The notes under the pieces were generated by a model. The model saw nothing but the letters and a program-made list of their open reading frames with translations, had not been told where the DNA came from and ran no database searches. From positions 5,229-69,228 of the forward strand of contig LBWB01000001.1 in assembly GCA_000993405.1 (NCBI GenBank): a stretch of DNA of 64,000 bases, written 5' to 3'. A program made the position numbers and the translations under genes. This DNA is from Candidatus Woesebacteria bacterium GW2011_GWB1_39_12. GTDB taxonomy: Bacteria > Patescibacteriota > Microgenomatia > UBA8517. This document shows positions 11,845 through 20,664 of the stretch, piece by piece (the stretch's first letter is position 1; each line of letters starts with the position of its first letter).

Positions 11845-13050
11845 ATGAAACGATTTAGATATAAAGCGAAAAACAGCGAAGGAAGACTTGTAACAGGCGA
11901 AGTGGAAGCGTCAAATCCCGAACACGCAGCAAAGCTAGTCAGGAAACAAGAACTTGTCGTTATTTCCATAACAGCCAAGCCAGGCGTTTCTCTAAACTTC
12001 ATTAAACTTTTTAGTGAAAGAATTACTGGAGGAGATATAACCAATTTTACAAGACAGCTTGCGACAATGATAAATGCAGGCCTTCCCTTGACAGAAGCCT
12101 TGTCAATACTTCGAACTCAGTCCAAAAGCTCAGTTCAAAGAGTTGTGTCTCAAATCTTGGCTGATGTTGAAGAGGGACAGAGTCTTTCTTCTTCAATGGC
12201 CAGACATCATACTGTTTTCTCTAAAACCTATATTGCGCTTGTCAAAAGCGGTGAAATCGGGGGAGTAATGGATGAAGTTTTGGTCAAGCTTGCGGATGAT
12301 CTTGAAAAAGAGCAGGAATTTCGGGGCAAGGTGAAAAGCGCCATGATTTACCCCGTTATAATCGTTGTCGGAATGATTGCGGTTGCACTTATAATGGTCA
12401 TTTTTGTAATTCCCCGTTTAACCTCGATATACGATCAGTTCGGTGCTGATCTTCCTTTCTCCACAAAAATTCTGGTTGGCTTTTCGGATATTATGATCAA
12501 GTTTTGGCCTCTGGTTCTGGTGCTTGTGGGAGCAGCCTTCTATGGACTGAAAGTCTATAAGGCGACTGAGGCAGGAGGCAAAAAAATAGACGAGATTATC
12601 TTCAAAATTCCTTTGATCGGAGAATTACAAAGACAAATTGTATTGGCGGAACTGACAAGAACTCTTTCCCTGATGATCGGGAGCGGTGTATCAATCATGG
12701 AGTCTTTGACTATTTCTGCTCAAGTTGCCAGGAATCAAATAGTCGCTGAGGCACTCGAGGACGTCACAAAATTGGTCGAGAAGGGTTTTCCTCTGGCTTT
12801 TGCTTTTTCAAAACACGTGGAAGCTTTCCCTTTTATTTTGTCGCAGATGATTGCCGTCGGAGAAGAAACAGGGAAAATGGATGAAGTTCTGGCAAAGGTC
12901 AGCCACGTCTTTGAAGTTGAGAGCGAGCAAAAATTAAAAGCCGTAACTGCAGCAATTGAACCGGCGATTTTGATAGTTTTGGGAATAGGGGTTGCTTTTA
13001 TGGTCATTTCCATAATTATGCCGATTTATAATTTAACCACGCAAATATAA
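11845..13050 (+). CDS. pilC: type IV pilus inner-membrane platform protein PilC (GspF family)
   Basis: 401 aa with two repeated T2SF domains (..LATMINAGLPLTEAL.. and ..LSLMIGSGVSIMESL..) and three TM segments. Confidence 0.9.
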   Translation: MKRFRYKAKNSEGRLVTGEVEASNPEHAAKLVRKQELVVISITAKPGVSLNFIKLFSERITGGDITNFTRQLATMINAGLPLTEALSILRTQSKSSVQRVVSQILADVEEGQSLSSSMARHHTVFSKTYIALVKSGEIGGVMDEVLVKLADDLEKEQEFRGKVKSAMIYPVIIVVGMIAVALIMVIFVIPRLTSIYDQFGADLPFSTKILVGFSDIMIKFWPLVLVLVGAAFYGLKVYKATEAGGKKIDEIIFKIPLIGELQRQIVLAELTRTLSLMIGSGVSIMESLTISAQVARNQIVAEALEDVTKLVEKGFPLAFAFSKHVEAFPFILSQMIAVGEETGKMDEVLAKVSHVFEVESEQKLKAVTAAIEPAILIVLGIGVAFMVISIIMPIYNLTTQI

Positions 13051-13103
13051 ATAGTGAAAAGAACAAAGTACAAAGGTAAAGTTAAGCTCACAAGGTGAGG
13101 GAC

Positions 13104-13138
13104 TTGACAGCCGTATTCAGATGTTAAATACTGGATAT
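13104..13138 (+). promoter_or_regulatory. putative sigma70 promoter of major pilin gene (TTGACA-N17-AATACT), followed by an AT-rich 5' UTR of about 140 nt
   Basis: The motif ttgacagccgtattcagatgttaaatact is preceded by ACAAAG repeats and the palindrome ctcacaaggtgag (13084-13096). Confidence 0.4.
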
Positions 13139-13270
13139 GTAAGATAAATTTCTAATTTTTAAATCCTAATTTCTAAATAATTTCAAATTATCAAATTTCA
13201 AATATCAAAATGTTTAGAATTTAGATATTAGAATTTGGGATTTCACCGAGTCAGACTCGGGTGAAGGGGG

Positions 13271-13810
13271 GTGAATATAAAATTTATGACTGCCCTAAAA
13301 AGAGGTTTTACATTAATTGAACTTTTGATCGTAATGGCAATTCTAGGAGTTTTGGCGGTGGTTGTACTTGTTGCAATTAATCCGGCGGAACAATTAAGAA
13401 GAGCTAGAGATTCAGGTAGAATTTCCGGAACTCAACAAATTGGAAGAGCTATATCAGCTTATTTCACAGCTAATGGGTGTATACCGGGAGTGGTGGGTGC
13501 CGCAACGTGTCCTGCAACTACGGCTTGGGATGACGATTTGACATTATCAGAGGAACTTCAAACAATACCGGCACTAATAGATCCAGCAGGAGCTTGTACA
13601 CCTGGTAGTGATGTAAATGGTTGGTGTTATGGTAACGATGGAACTGAGAATTTCGTAGTCTATGCAGAGTTAGAATCAGAGCAAAGAATAAGATCTTGCG
13701 GTGCGGCTGCTACGACGGCATTTTCGGTTTTTTCATCTGTTGATGCCCGTGGAGGAGTATCTGCAACCGAGCCAACGGCTGGTACTGCGGTTACATTCTG
13801 TGGTCCGTAA
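13271..13810 (+). CDS. pilA: major type IV pilin PilA. The alternative start MTALKRG at 13286 gives a 7-aa leader.
   Basis: Prepilin motif KRG|FTLIELLIVMAILGVLA with E+5, then the conserved pilin helix motif LRRARDSGRISG. Two terminator-like hairpins follow the stop. Confidence 0.8.
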   Translation: MNIKFMTALKRGFTLIELLIVMAILGVLAVVVLVAINPAEQLRRARDSGRISGTQQIGRAISAYFTANGCIPGVVGAATCPATTAWDDDLTLSEELQTIPALIDPAGACTPGSDVNGWCYGNDGTENFVVYAELESEQRIRSCGAAATTAFSVFSSVDARGGVSATEPTAGTAVTFCGP

Positions 13811-13936
13811 GTTCATTAACCCAGGGGGTAAGTTTAGAAAAATGTGTTCAACCCGTCGGGCTTTCGGCCGTGAGCTCAAGCCGAACGGTTGATAAGATTC
13901 TCTAAAGTTAGTTTATTAACCAATTGGTTAAGAGAA

Positions 13937-13983
13937 GGTGCCAGAAGTATAACAGTGCAAGTTATCTGGCACCTTTGTTGTTT
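13937..13983 (+). terminator. rho-independent terminator after pilA
   Basis: An 8-bp stem ggtgccag/ctggcacc with an inner stem ataac/gttat, followed by tttgttgttt. A second hairpin ttcggc-N11-gccgaa lies at 13863-13885. Confidence 0.6.
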
Positions 13984-14071
13984 AAGTTTCCTTAACCTGT
14001 CTTTCAATTAGCTTAAACTTTCGGGACGCAGACATTGATTGAACCGTTGTTTCTTCTATATACTTTAACTA

Positions 14072-14857
14072 ATGTTATTGTTCATCTGGTATTTGTTAAT
14101 TTTTGTTTTTGGTTTAGCTGCCGGTTCTTTTTTGACGGCATATACTTGGCGCTGGCCAAGAGGCATAAGCATTGCGAAAGGCCGCTCAATATGTGATAAC
14201 TGTAAAAAGAAAATTGCCTGGTATGATAATATTCCTCTTTTTTCTTATATAGCCCTTGGTGGCAGGTGTAGGAATTGTGGCAAGAAAATATCTCTTCGTT
14301 ATCCTCTGATTGAGCTATCGACCGGGGTTTTGTTTGTTCTAACAATCACTTTATTGGGGGGATTTGGGAGATTGGGGGAATTAGGGTTTTTGCTTACTGC
14401 TTACTACTTACTACTTGCAGCAGTTTTGATTGCCATTTTTATTATCGATCTTGAAAACCAGCTTATTCCTGACGGATTGGTTTTTCTTATTTTCACTCTT
14501 AACGTTTCCCTTCTAGTTCTCTCCTCCGACAAAAATTTTTATCAAATTATGTTTACGGGTTTTTTGTCAGCATTTTTCTTTTTATTTCTGAATTTAGTTA
14601 CTCGGGGTCGCGGCATGGGCTTGGGAGACGCAAAACTTGTTCTTGCCCTCTCCCCCATCCTGGGTTATCCGCAGACAATTGTATGGATTTTTTTGAGTTT
14701 TATAATTGGAGCCGTTGTGGGGTTATTATTGATAGCCGTAGGAAAAGCGTCGTTTGGTAAGCACATTGCCTTCGGGCCGTTTTTGGTTATAGCCTTTTTC
14801 ATAACATTGTTTTGGGGTGATCTGTTGGTAAATACCTTTTTACCATATTTGGGGTAA
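14072..14857 (+). CDS. pilD: prepilin peptidase PilD (A24 family)
   Basis: N-terminal CDNCKKKI..CRNCGKKI zinc-binding tetracysteine and eight TM segments. A near-leaderless promoter TTGATT-N16-TATATA lies at 14035-14062. Confidence 0.85.
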   Translation: MLLFIWYLLIFVFGLAAGSFLTAYTWRWPRGISIAKGRSICDNCKKKIAWYDNIPLFSYIALGGRCRNCGKKISLRYPLIELSTGVLFVLTITLLGGFGRLGELGFLLTAYYLLLAAVLIAIFIIDLENQLIPDGLVFLIFTLNVSLLVLSSDKNFYQIMFTGFLSAFFFLFLNLVTRGRGMGLGDAKLVLALSPILGYPQTIVWIFLSFIIGAVVGLLLIAVGKASFGKHIAFGPFLVIAFFITLFWGDLLVNTFLPYLG

Positions 14858-14880
14858 GAGTTATTATTCGCATCGTTATT

Positions 14881-15495
14881 ATGAAGCCTTTTACAAAGTC
14901 CGAAGCCATTATTGTGAGCCTAATTTTTTTAATAGTTTTTAGTGTAACTTCCTTAGGTCTAAAGACTTCCCTAAGGCGTGCAAGGGATGCCGGAAGAGTG
15001 TCTGATCTGGGGACACTAACTGATGCATTACTTACGTTTTACGAAGATTACGGCTTTTTCCCGCCGAGCGAAGAGGGAAAAATTAAAATGTGTAAGGGTA
15101 AAAATTTCGATTCTGTGCTGGCTCAAATGAAAGAAGATAAAGAATTTGACTTTGGTAAGTTGGAAAGCGCATTGAGAATTTGTGAATGGGGAAGCGATTC
15201 TTTGTCCGACATACTTGACGATACCGGACTCGTCTATCTAGAGCGCATTCCGATAGACCCCAGAGACGGTCAGGGAATGAAATTCCTTTACCTATCCAAC
15301 ACAAGACACTTCCAGGTTTACGCTTATCTAGAAGGAGAAGATGAAGAGGCTGGTTATAATGAAAAAATAGTTGCCAGAAACCTTTTCTGTGGAATAGAAA
15401 TTTGCAGTTTTGGCAAAAGCTCGGGAGAGACTCCTTTGGATAAATCGATTGAAGATTACGAAGAGGAATTGGACAGGTTGCGTACTGGAAAGTAG
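14881..15495 (+). CDS. pilin-like protein with atypical leader (MKP|FTKSE)
   Basis: A mature-like N-terminus FTKSEAIIVSLIFLIVFS with E+5 and the pilin helix motif LRRARDAGRVSDL, but Pro rather than Gly at -1. Confidence 0.55.
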   Translation: MKPFTKSEAIIVSLIFLIVFSVTSLGLKTSLRRARDAGRVSDLGTLTDALLTFYEDYGFFPPSEEGKIKMCKGKNFDSVLAQMKEDKEFDFGKLESALRICEWGSDSLSDILDDTGLVYLERIPIDPRDGQGMKFLYLSNTRHFQVYAYLEGEDEEAGYNEKIVARNLFCGIEICSFGKSSGETPLDKSIEDYEEELDRLRTGK

Positions 15496-16035
15496 GTGTC
15501 AATTAGTGCTATAAATAGTAATCTGCCCATGATAGAAAAGAACAAAGAGCAAAGAACAAAGAACAAAGTTAAGTCTAAATTGACTTCATTCCTAACTACT
15601 AACTACCAACTACTAACTACTAGCTCAGGGTTTACCCTCATCGAGCTTCTGATAGTCATGGCTGTTCTGGGTGTTCTGGCGAGTGTCGTAATAGTGCAAA
15701 TTGGGCCAGCCAGTCAGCAAAGAGCAAGAGATACCATAAGAAGAAATGACATTAAGCAATATCAAACTGCTTTAGAAATTTATGCAAATAAAAGTGATGG
15801 AGATTATCCTGCAGTGGGTGCGATGCCATGTACAGATTTAGGCCTATCAGGAAGTTTATGTAAAGAGGATCCTCAGGGAGGCAGTTATCCTTATTTTAGT
15901 GATGGTTCAGTTTATGTAATTGGTGCCACACTGGAATATAGACCTGGGGGTACACAAATGTATTTTGTAGCCTGTTCAAATGGTTTATCTGACGATTCGA
16001 CAGCAGCAGCAACAGATACAACTTGTCCATTATGA
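15496..16035 (+). CDS. type IV pilin-like protein with a long leader (start uncertain; ATG candidates at 15496 and 15529; the TTG codon at 15580 is in frame)
   Basis: ..TTSSG|FTLIELLIVMAVLGVLA with E+5, then RARDTIRRNDIKQ. The leader is encoded by GAACAAAG and ACTAACTAC tandem repeats. Confidence 0.7.
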   Translation: MSISAINSNLPMIEKNKEQRTKNKVKSKLTSFLTTNYQLLTTSSGFTLIELLIVMAVLGVLASVVIVQIGPASQQRARDTIRRNDIKQYQTALEIYANKSDGDYPAVGAMPCTDLGLSGSLCKEDPQGGSYPYFSDGSVYVIGATLEYRPGGTQMYFVACSNGLSDDSTAAATDTTCPL

Positions 16036-16511
16036 TAAGCAAAGAGATTGGAAATTGGAAATTGGAAATTGGAAATTTACGCCAAGGGCGGGCTGGTTTT
16101 ACTATTATCGAACTGCTTATTGTCATGGTGATAATAGCGATATTGGCAGGATTGTCAATTTTTGCCATGGGTGGCGCCAGAGAATCAGCCCGTGATGCAA
16201 GAAGGAAGGCGGATTTGGAACAAATTCGTTCAGGACTGGAACTTTATAAAGCCGATTGCAATGTTTATCCGGCCTCGCTTGGGACGTCTCTTACTGGCGA
16301 TGGTAGTACCCCAAGTTGTTTAGCGGCTAATACTTATATTCAAGATGTTCCTACAGATCCCACTTCCGACGCAGCTTATGCATATAACCAGCTTACAACT
16401 GTAACATACACGTTATGTTCACACCTTGAAGATCCTCCAAGTTCTCCCGACATAACAAATTGTAATGCTTGTGATCCGACACCTTGTGCGTATAAAGTGA
16501 TTAATCCTTAA
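16023..16511 (+). CDS. type IV pilin-like protein
   Basis: Leader MSIMISKEIGNWKLEIGNLRQGRAG|FTIIELLIVMVIIAILAG with E+5, then ARESARDARRKADLEQI. The leader contains the ggaaatt x3 tandem repeat. Confidence 0.7.
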   Translation: MSIMISKEIGNWKLEIGNLRQGRAGFTIIELLIVMVIIAILAGLSIFAMGGARESARDARRKADLEQIRSGLELYKADCNVYPASLGTSLTGDGSTPSCLAANTYIQDVPTDPTSDAAYAYNQLTTVTYTLCSHLEDPPSSPDITNCNACDPTPCAYKVINP

Positions 16512-16521
16512 TTTTTTATGT

Positions 16522-17016
16522 ATGGCTCAAAATTTATCAAAACGAACAATCGATCTTCAGAACTTTTACGGTTATACCCTGATTGAACTTCTTATTGTAA
16601 TGATGACAATGGTTCTTCTTTTTGGGCTTGGTTTTGCAAACTACAGAGGTTTTCAAAGAAGACAATCGCTCGAGGGTGTGGTAAGGATGGTCAAAGCCGA
16701 TTTGAGGCTTGCCCAGGCAAACGCATTATCCGGGAAAAAACCTTCATCCGGGAATTGCAGCGCTGTAGCCTCGAATATACTTTACTATTCTTTCGCTTAT
16801 GTTGATTCTGACACTTATGCTTACGGTGCTGTATGTCCGACAGAGTCTAACATAAAACAGGTTGATATAACGGGCGCGACAATGTCTGCCTTTAGCGAAA
16901 TTCGATTTAACGTTCTTGGTAGGGGCACAAATATTACAGGACAAACTGTAATTACTATTACCTCAGGAGCCGGATCAAAAGATATTACCGTTCGTTCAGG
17001 TGGCACGATAGAGTGA
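16522..17016 (+). CDS. minor pilin / pseudopilin
   Basis: FYG|YTLIELLIVMMTMVLLFGLGF with E+5 after a 17-aa leader. Confidence 0.65.
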   Translation: MAQNLSKRTIDLQNFYGYTLIELLIVMMTMVLLFGLGFANYRGFQRRQSLEGVVRMVKADLRLAQANALSGKKPSSGNCSAVASNILYYSFAYVDSDTYAYGAVCPTESNIKQVDITGATMSAFSEIRFNVLGRGTNITGQTVITITSGAGSKDITVRSGGTIE

Positions 17017-17023
17017 AATATAT

Positions 17024-17482
17024 ATGAAGACAATCCTTATTTTAGGCCAATCTTTGTACGAAGTTGTGTTTGCGATAGGAATTGCTGCAATAATTATTAC
17101 TGGAGTTCTTGTTGTTTCAACAACATCTGTTAGAAATTCGACTTATTCCAAAAATAATTCTCAAGCTACTAAGTACGCACAAGAGGAAATGGAGTGGCTG
17201 AGGGGCCAAAGAGATGCTGGTTGGGACAGTTTTGTTACGAATATAGATACGGGGGGATGTACGGCGGGAAATTTTAGTTGGGGGGGGTTGGGTGGAAATT
17301 GTACAGTCGGAGATATATACACAAGAACTGCAAACTTTACTTGTAGGGATTCGGCAGGTGGTGTTGTAATGTGCGATTCCACTGCCAGCATGGTTGATGC
17401 TTCGGTTAGTATATCTTGGACTGATGCGCAGGGAGATCACATAGTAACAAGTGTGTCAAAGTTTACAGATTGGAATAAATAG
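17024..17482 (+). CDS. minor pilin / pseudopilin
   Basis: MKTILILG|QSLYEVVFAIGIAAIIITGVLVV shows a prepilin-type cleavage motif with E+5 and a hydrophobic helix. Confidence 0.6.
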   Translation: MKTILILGQSLYEVVFAIGIAAIIITGVLVVSTTSVRNSTYSKNNSQATKYAQEEMEWLRGQRDAGWDSFVTNIDTGGCTAGNFSWGGLGGNCTVGDIYTRTANFTCRDSAGGVVMCDSTASMVDASVSISWTDAQGDHIVTSVSKFTDWNK

Positions 17483-17483
17483 G

Positions 17484-18053
17484 ATGACAATATCAAAAAT
17501 CAAAAATCAAATATCAAATAGAAAAATTGGAAATCCCTCGCTAAGCGAGGCTGGTTTTTCTTTGATCGAGATGCTGGTTGTAGTTGCGGTATTTTCAATT
17601 TTGGCCATTGTTGCAACGCAGTCACTTTCTTCATCTTTAAGAGGTTCTAAAAAAAGCGAATCGCAGGTTATTGTTCGGGAAAACGTTGATTTTGCACTAA
17701 GTACAATGGAGAGGCTTTTAAGGAACGCAAAGTCTATTACTTCTTGCAGTCCTACTAGTACGTTGATTTATATTGATGAATATGAGAAGCCGGGTGTCAC
17801 GAGTTTTCAGTGTATTACGTCAGGAACAGATACTTATATAGCGTCGGTTTCGGGTTCACCTGCGGTAAGTGTGCGTCTGACGTCTCCCGATGTTCGTATA
17901 ACGAATTGTAGTATTTTTGTAGTATGCCAGAATTTGACTAAACCTCACTCAGTTGATATTTCGATTCAAGCCGAGAGATCGGGTGTCACAGGGGCTGAAG
18001 GATCACAAATAATCGAAAGCACAAAGATTTTACTCAGGAATTATGGTAATTGA
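17484..18053 (+). CDS. minor pilin-like protein. The ORF could begin at 17451, overlapping the previous gene.
   Basis: ..NPSLSEAG|FSLIEMLVVVAVFSILAIVA with E+5. The leader is encoded by atcaaaa tandem repeats and the palindrome cctcgctaagcgagg. Confidence 0.6.
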   Translation: MTISKIKNQISNRKIGNPSLSEAGFSLIEMLVVVAVFSILAIVATQSLSSSLRGSKKSESQVIVRENVDFALSTMERLLRNAKSITSCSPTSTLIYIDEYEKPGVTSFQCITSGTDTYIASVSGSPAVSVRLTSPDVRITNCSIFVVCQNLTKPHSVDISIQAERSGVTGAEGSQIIESTKILLRNYGN

Positions 18054-18059
18054 CCGTAT

Positions 18060-19019
18060 TTGCAGAGATTGTTAAACTTAATGGATATGGAGAAACTGCC
18101 TTTAAATAGAGTAAAAGTTAGAAATAATCTTCAAAGAGGTCAGGCGTTACTGATAGTTCTTCTGACGATGGCTGTAATTTTAACAGTGGTTCTGTCGGTT
18201 GTTTCCCGATCTGTGACCGACATAACTGTTACAACTTATGAAGAAAATGCCTTACGTGCTTTCTCCGCTGCCGAAGCGGGAATTGAGGAAAAGTTATTAA
18301 ATCCTTATCCTTTGGGAACTTTTTCAAATCCAACAGTTGGTTACTCTGGTGAAGTGACGAACCCAAGTGAGGGAGATACAGAGTTTAATCATCCAGGAGA
18401 TCTTAATTCAGGAGAAGTTGCAACCTTTTGGCTAGTATCTCATGATTCCACAGGCTCTAGACTTACTTGTCCAGATGCGAATTCATGCGTGACTGGTACA
18501 GGAGTAATGAGAGTCTGCTGGGGAAGTGAACCTCAGGATCCGGACTGGACTAAAAATCCTGCTGTTGAAGTACTTCTTTTTTATGATGATGATGATCCTT
18601 CTCAATCTGTTGCAGCAACTAATAATTTTGCTAATGTAAAAGTAAAAAGATTTGCTTTTGATCGCTATGCGGCAAGTCGTGCAAATAACTTTGAACCAAT
18701 TTCAAACGCTAGTTGCACAATAGATGGCAAGACTTATGCATTTAGATCTGACAATATTACCTATCCTGATGTTGATTGTGCAGACCGAGCCGGATGTAGA
18801 CTGATGGTAAAAGTCAGAATGTACTACAATTCTGGACCCCAACCTTTAGGAATTACCATTACCGGAGGAACTCCCCTGCCCGCACAGGGACTTGTGATTT
18901 CATCAACCGGAACAGCAGGAGAATCTTCGAGAAGAGTAAATGTTTCTCAGGGCTATTCAGAAACCCCCACTTTTTTTGACTCCGCGGTTTTCAGTCTGAA
19001 AAGTTTAGAGAAATTATAA
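18060..19019 (+). CDS. PilX-like large minor pilin / pilus tip-associated protein
   Basis: N-terminal RGQALLIVLLTMAVILTVVLSVVS is a class III signal-like hydrophobic helix. It is followed by a 290-aa Cys-containing extracellular domain at the end of the pilin run. Confidence 0.5.
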   Translation: MQRLLNLMDMEKLPLNRVKVRNNLQRGQALLIVLLTMAVILTVVLSVVSRSVTDITVTTYEENALRAFSAAEAGIEEKLLNPYPLGTFSNPTVGYSGEVTNPSEGDTEFNHPGDLNSGEVATFWLVSHDSTGSRLTCPDANSCVTGTGVMRVCWGSEPQDPDWTKNPAVEVLLFYDDDDPSQSVAATNNFANVKVKRFAFDRYAASRANNFEPISNASCTIDGKTYAFRSDNITYPDVDCADRAGCRLMVKVRMYYNSGPQPLGITITGGTPLPAQGLVISSTGTAGESSRRVNVSQGYSETPTFFDSAVFSLKSLEKL

Positions 19020-19094
19020 GCGATGCGAAATTGCGAATAGCATGCGAATTACGCGAATATTAAAAATTCATATTATTCGGATCGAGTTTAAGTT

Positions 19095-20111
19095 ATGTCT
19101 GTAGGATTAGACATCGGCAGTAAAACGATAAAAATAGTTGAATTAGTAAGCGAAAAGGGTCGCTTTCGCTTACGTGCTTCAGGTGTTGTTTCCCATAAGG
19201 GGGCAAGACCTGAACAGTTCAAAGACGACAAGGAATTTGCTTTTTTAGGAGACGTTGTAAAAAAGCTTTATAAAGAAGCAAAAATCTCGTCGCGTGAGGT
19301 GGGTATAGCACTCCCTGAGGCACTTGTATTCACGAGGAGTGTAAAATTTCCAACTCTGACTGATGAGGAAATAGCATCAGCCGTCAGGTGGGAGGCTGAA
19401 CAATATATTCCGATACCCGTTGAGGATGCTATAGTTCAGCATCAGATCATTGAAAGACGGGAAGATACGACGCCACCCCACGTTTCTGTTCTTTTGGTTG
19501 CTGCTCCAAAGGCTTTGGTAGAAAAGTACGCAAAAGTCGTTGATGCTGCGGGACTTTCCTTAGTCAGCGTTGAAACGGAACTCATAGCCTTGGTCCGTTC
19601 ATTGGCGCTGGATGACGCGACAGTAATGATTGTGGATTTTGGCGCCGGGTCAACAGACATTGCCATTGCCAGAAACGGGCAACTTGCATTTTCCCGTTCG
19701 ATTCCGACGGCGGGTGAAGCCTTCACAAGGGCAGTTTCCCAGACTTTGGGGATCGAAGTTTCCCAGGCCGAAGAGTACAAAAAGACTTACGGTTTATCAC
19801 AGAGCCAACTTGAGGGTAAAGTTAAAAAAGCACTGGATCCTATTTTTAGACTGGTTTCTGACGAAATGAAAAAAGCAATCCATTTTTATCAGACCGAAGA
19901 AAAAGGCGAAGTACCAAAGTCTGTAATTCTCTCTGGTGGAAGTGCGGGTATGCCTGAGGTAGCAAGTGCACTTACAAAACTTCTGGGAATGGAGGTTGTC
20001 GTTGGTAATCCTTTTTCTAAAGTCGAGGTTGATCCTGAGGCAGTAAAATCTCTGGCCGGCTACGCGCCTTTTTATTCAATCGCCGTAGGATTGGCCATGA
20101 GGCAGACTTAA
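19095..20111 (+). CDS. pilM: type IV pilus assembly protein PilM (actin-like ATPase fold)
   Basis: MSVGLDIGSKTIKIVEL.. and DFGAGSTDIAI are the actin/FtsA-like phosphate motifs. The 338-aa length fits PilM. Confidence 0.85.
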   Translation: MSVGLDIGSKTIKIVELVSEKGRFRLRASGVVSHKGARPEQFKDDKEFAFLGDVVKKLYKEAKISSREVGIALPEALVFTRSVKFPTLTDEEIASAVRWEAEQYIPIPVEDAIVQHQIIERREDTTPPHVSVLLVAAPKALVEKYAKVVDAAGLSLVSVETELIALVRSLALDDATVMIVDFGAGSTDIAIARNGQLAFSRSIPTAGEAFTRAVSQTLGIEVSQAEEYKKTYGLSQSQLEGKVKKALDPIFRLVSDEMKKAIHFYQTEEKGEVPKSVILSGGSAGMPEVASALTKLLGMEVVVGNPFSKVEVDPEAVKSLAGYAPFYSIAVGLAMRQT

Positions 20112-20130
20112 TCTTTGACCCTTTTATTAT

Positions 20131-20664
20131 ATGGCGATAAATTTACTCAGCCAGGAATTAAAACCGAAACCCTACGTAGTAAACTTTGCCAAGATTTTAA
20201 AAAAACTTGCCATGGTTTCTCTTTTGGTCTTTCTGGTTGGAGTAATGCTACTTGTCGGCATAATTTTTATATTCTCTCAAAGAACAAAAGCTGCCATTTC
20301 CAGTCAGGAAGCATTAAAACGCGAGATAAAAGCGCTGCAAGAAACCGAGCAGAGAATAGTTTTGATTAAAGATAGAATAGACAAAATTGAATCTGTTTAT
20401 AAAGAAGAAAATGCTACTGACGGGGTTGCTTCCATTAGAGAAATTTCTAGGGTAATTCCGGAAGGGACGTTAATCCAAGAATTTAGTCTTGAACCAGATA
20501 ACACAGAGGTTAAAGTTCTTGCTGACAGTTTATCGAGCTTGGCAAAATTTGCCTCCGGAATTACTGGTCTAGGAAGTTTTGAAAAAATTGTTCTTAAGTC
20601 TTTGGAATTTGATCCTGAAAAAGGATATGTTGCTATATTTGGTTTTCATAGAACAAAAGTATGA
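20131..20664 (+). CDS. pilN: PilN-like bitopic membrane protein
   Basis: A short cytoplasmic N-terminus, a single TM (MVSLLVFLVGVMLLVGIIFIF) and a coiled-coil periplasmic region. It sits immediately after pilM, as in canonical operons. Confidence 0.65.
   Translation: MAINLLSQELKPKPYVVNFAKILKKLAMVSLLVFLVGVMLLVGIIFIFSQRTKAAISSQEALKREIKALQETEQRIVLIKDRIDKIESVYKEENATDGVASIREISRVIPEGTLIQEFSLEPDNTEVKVLADSLSSLAKFASGITGLGSFEKIVLKSLEFDPEKGYVAIFGFHRTKV

Noticed and set aside
13100-13270. AT-rich repetitive region upstream of pilA as a mobile element or IS remnant
   Set aside because: It has no terminal inverted repeats and no transposase. It is better explained as a long 5' UTR with a promoter.
16054-16076. 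ggaaatt tandem repeats as a possible CRISPR array (a similar motif occurs at 47860-47885)
   Set aside because: The units are 7 nt with no spacers and no cas genes. They lie in a pilin leader or UTR.
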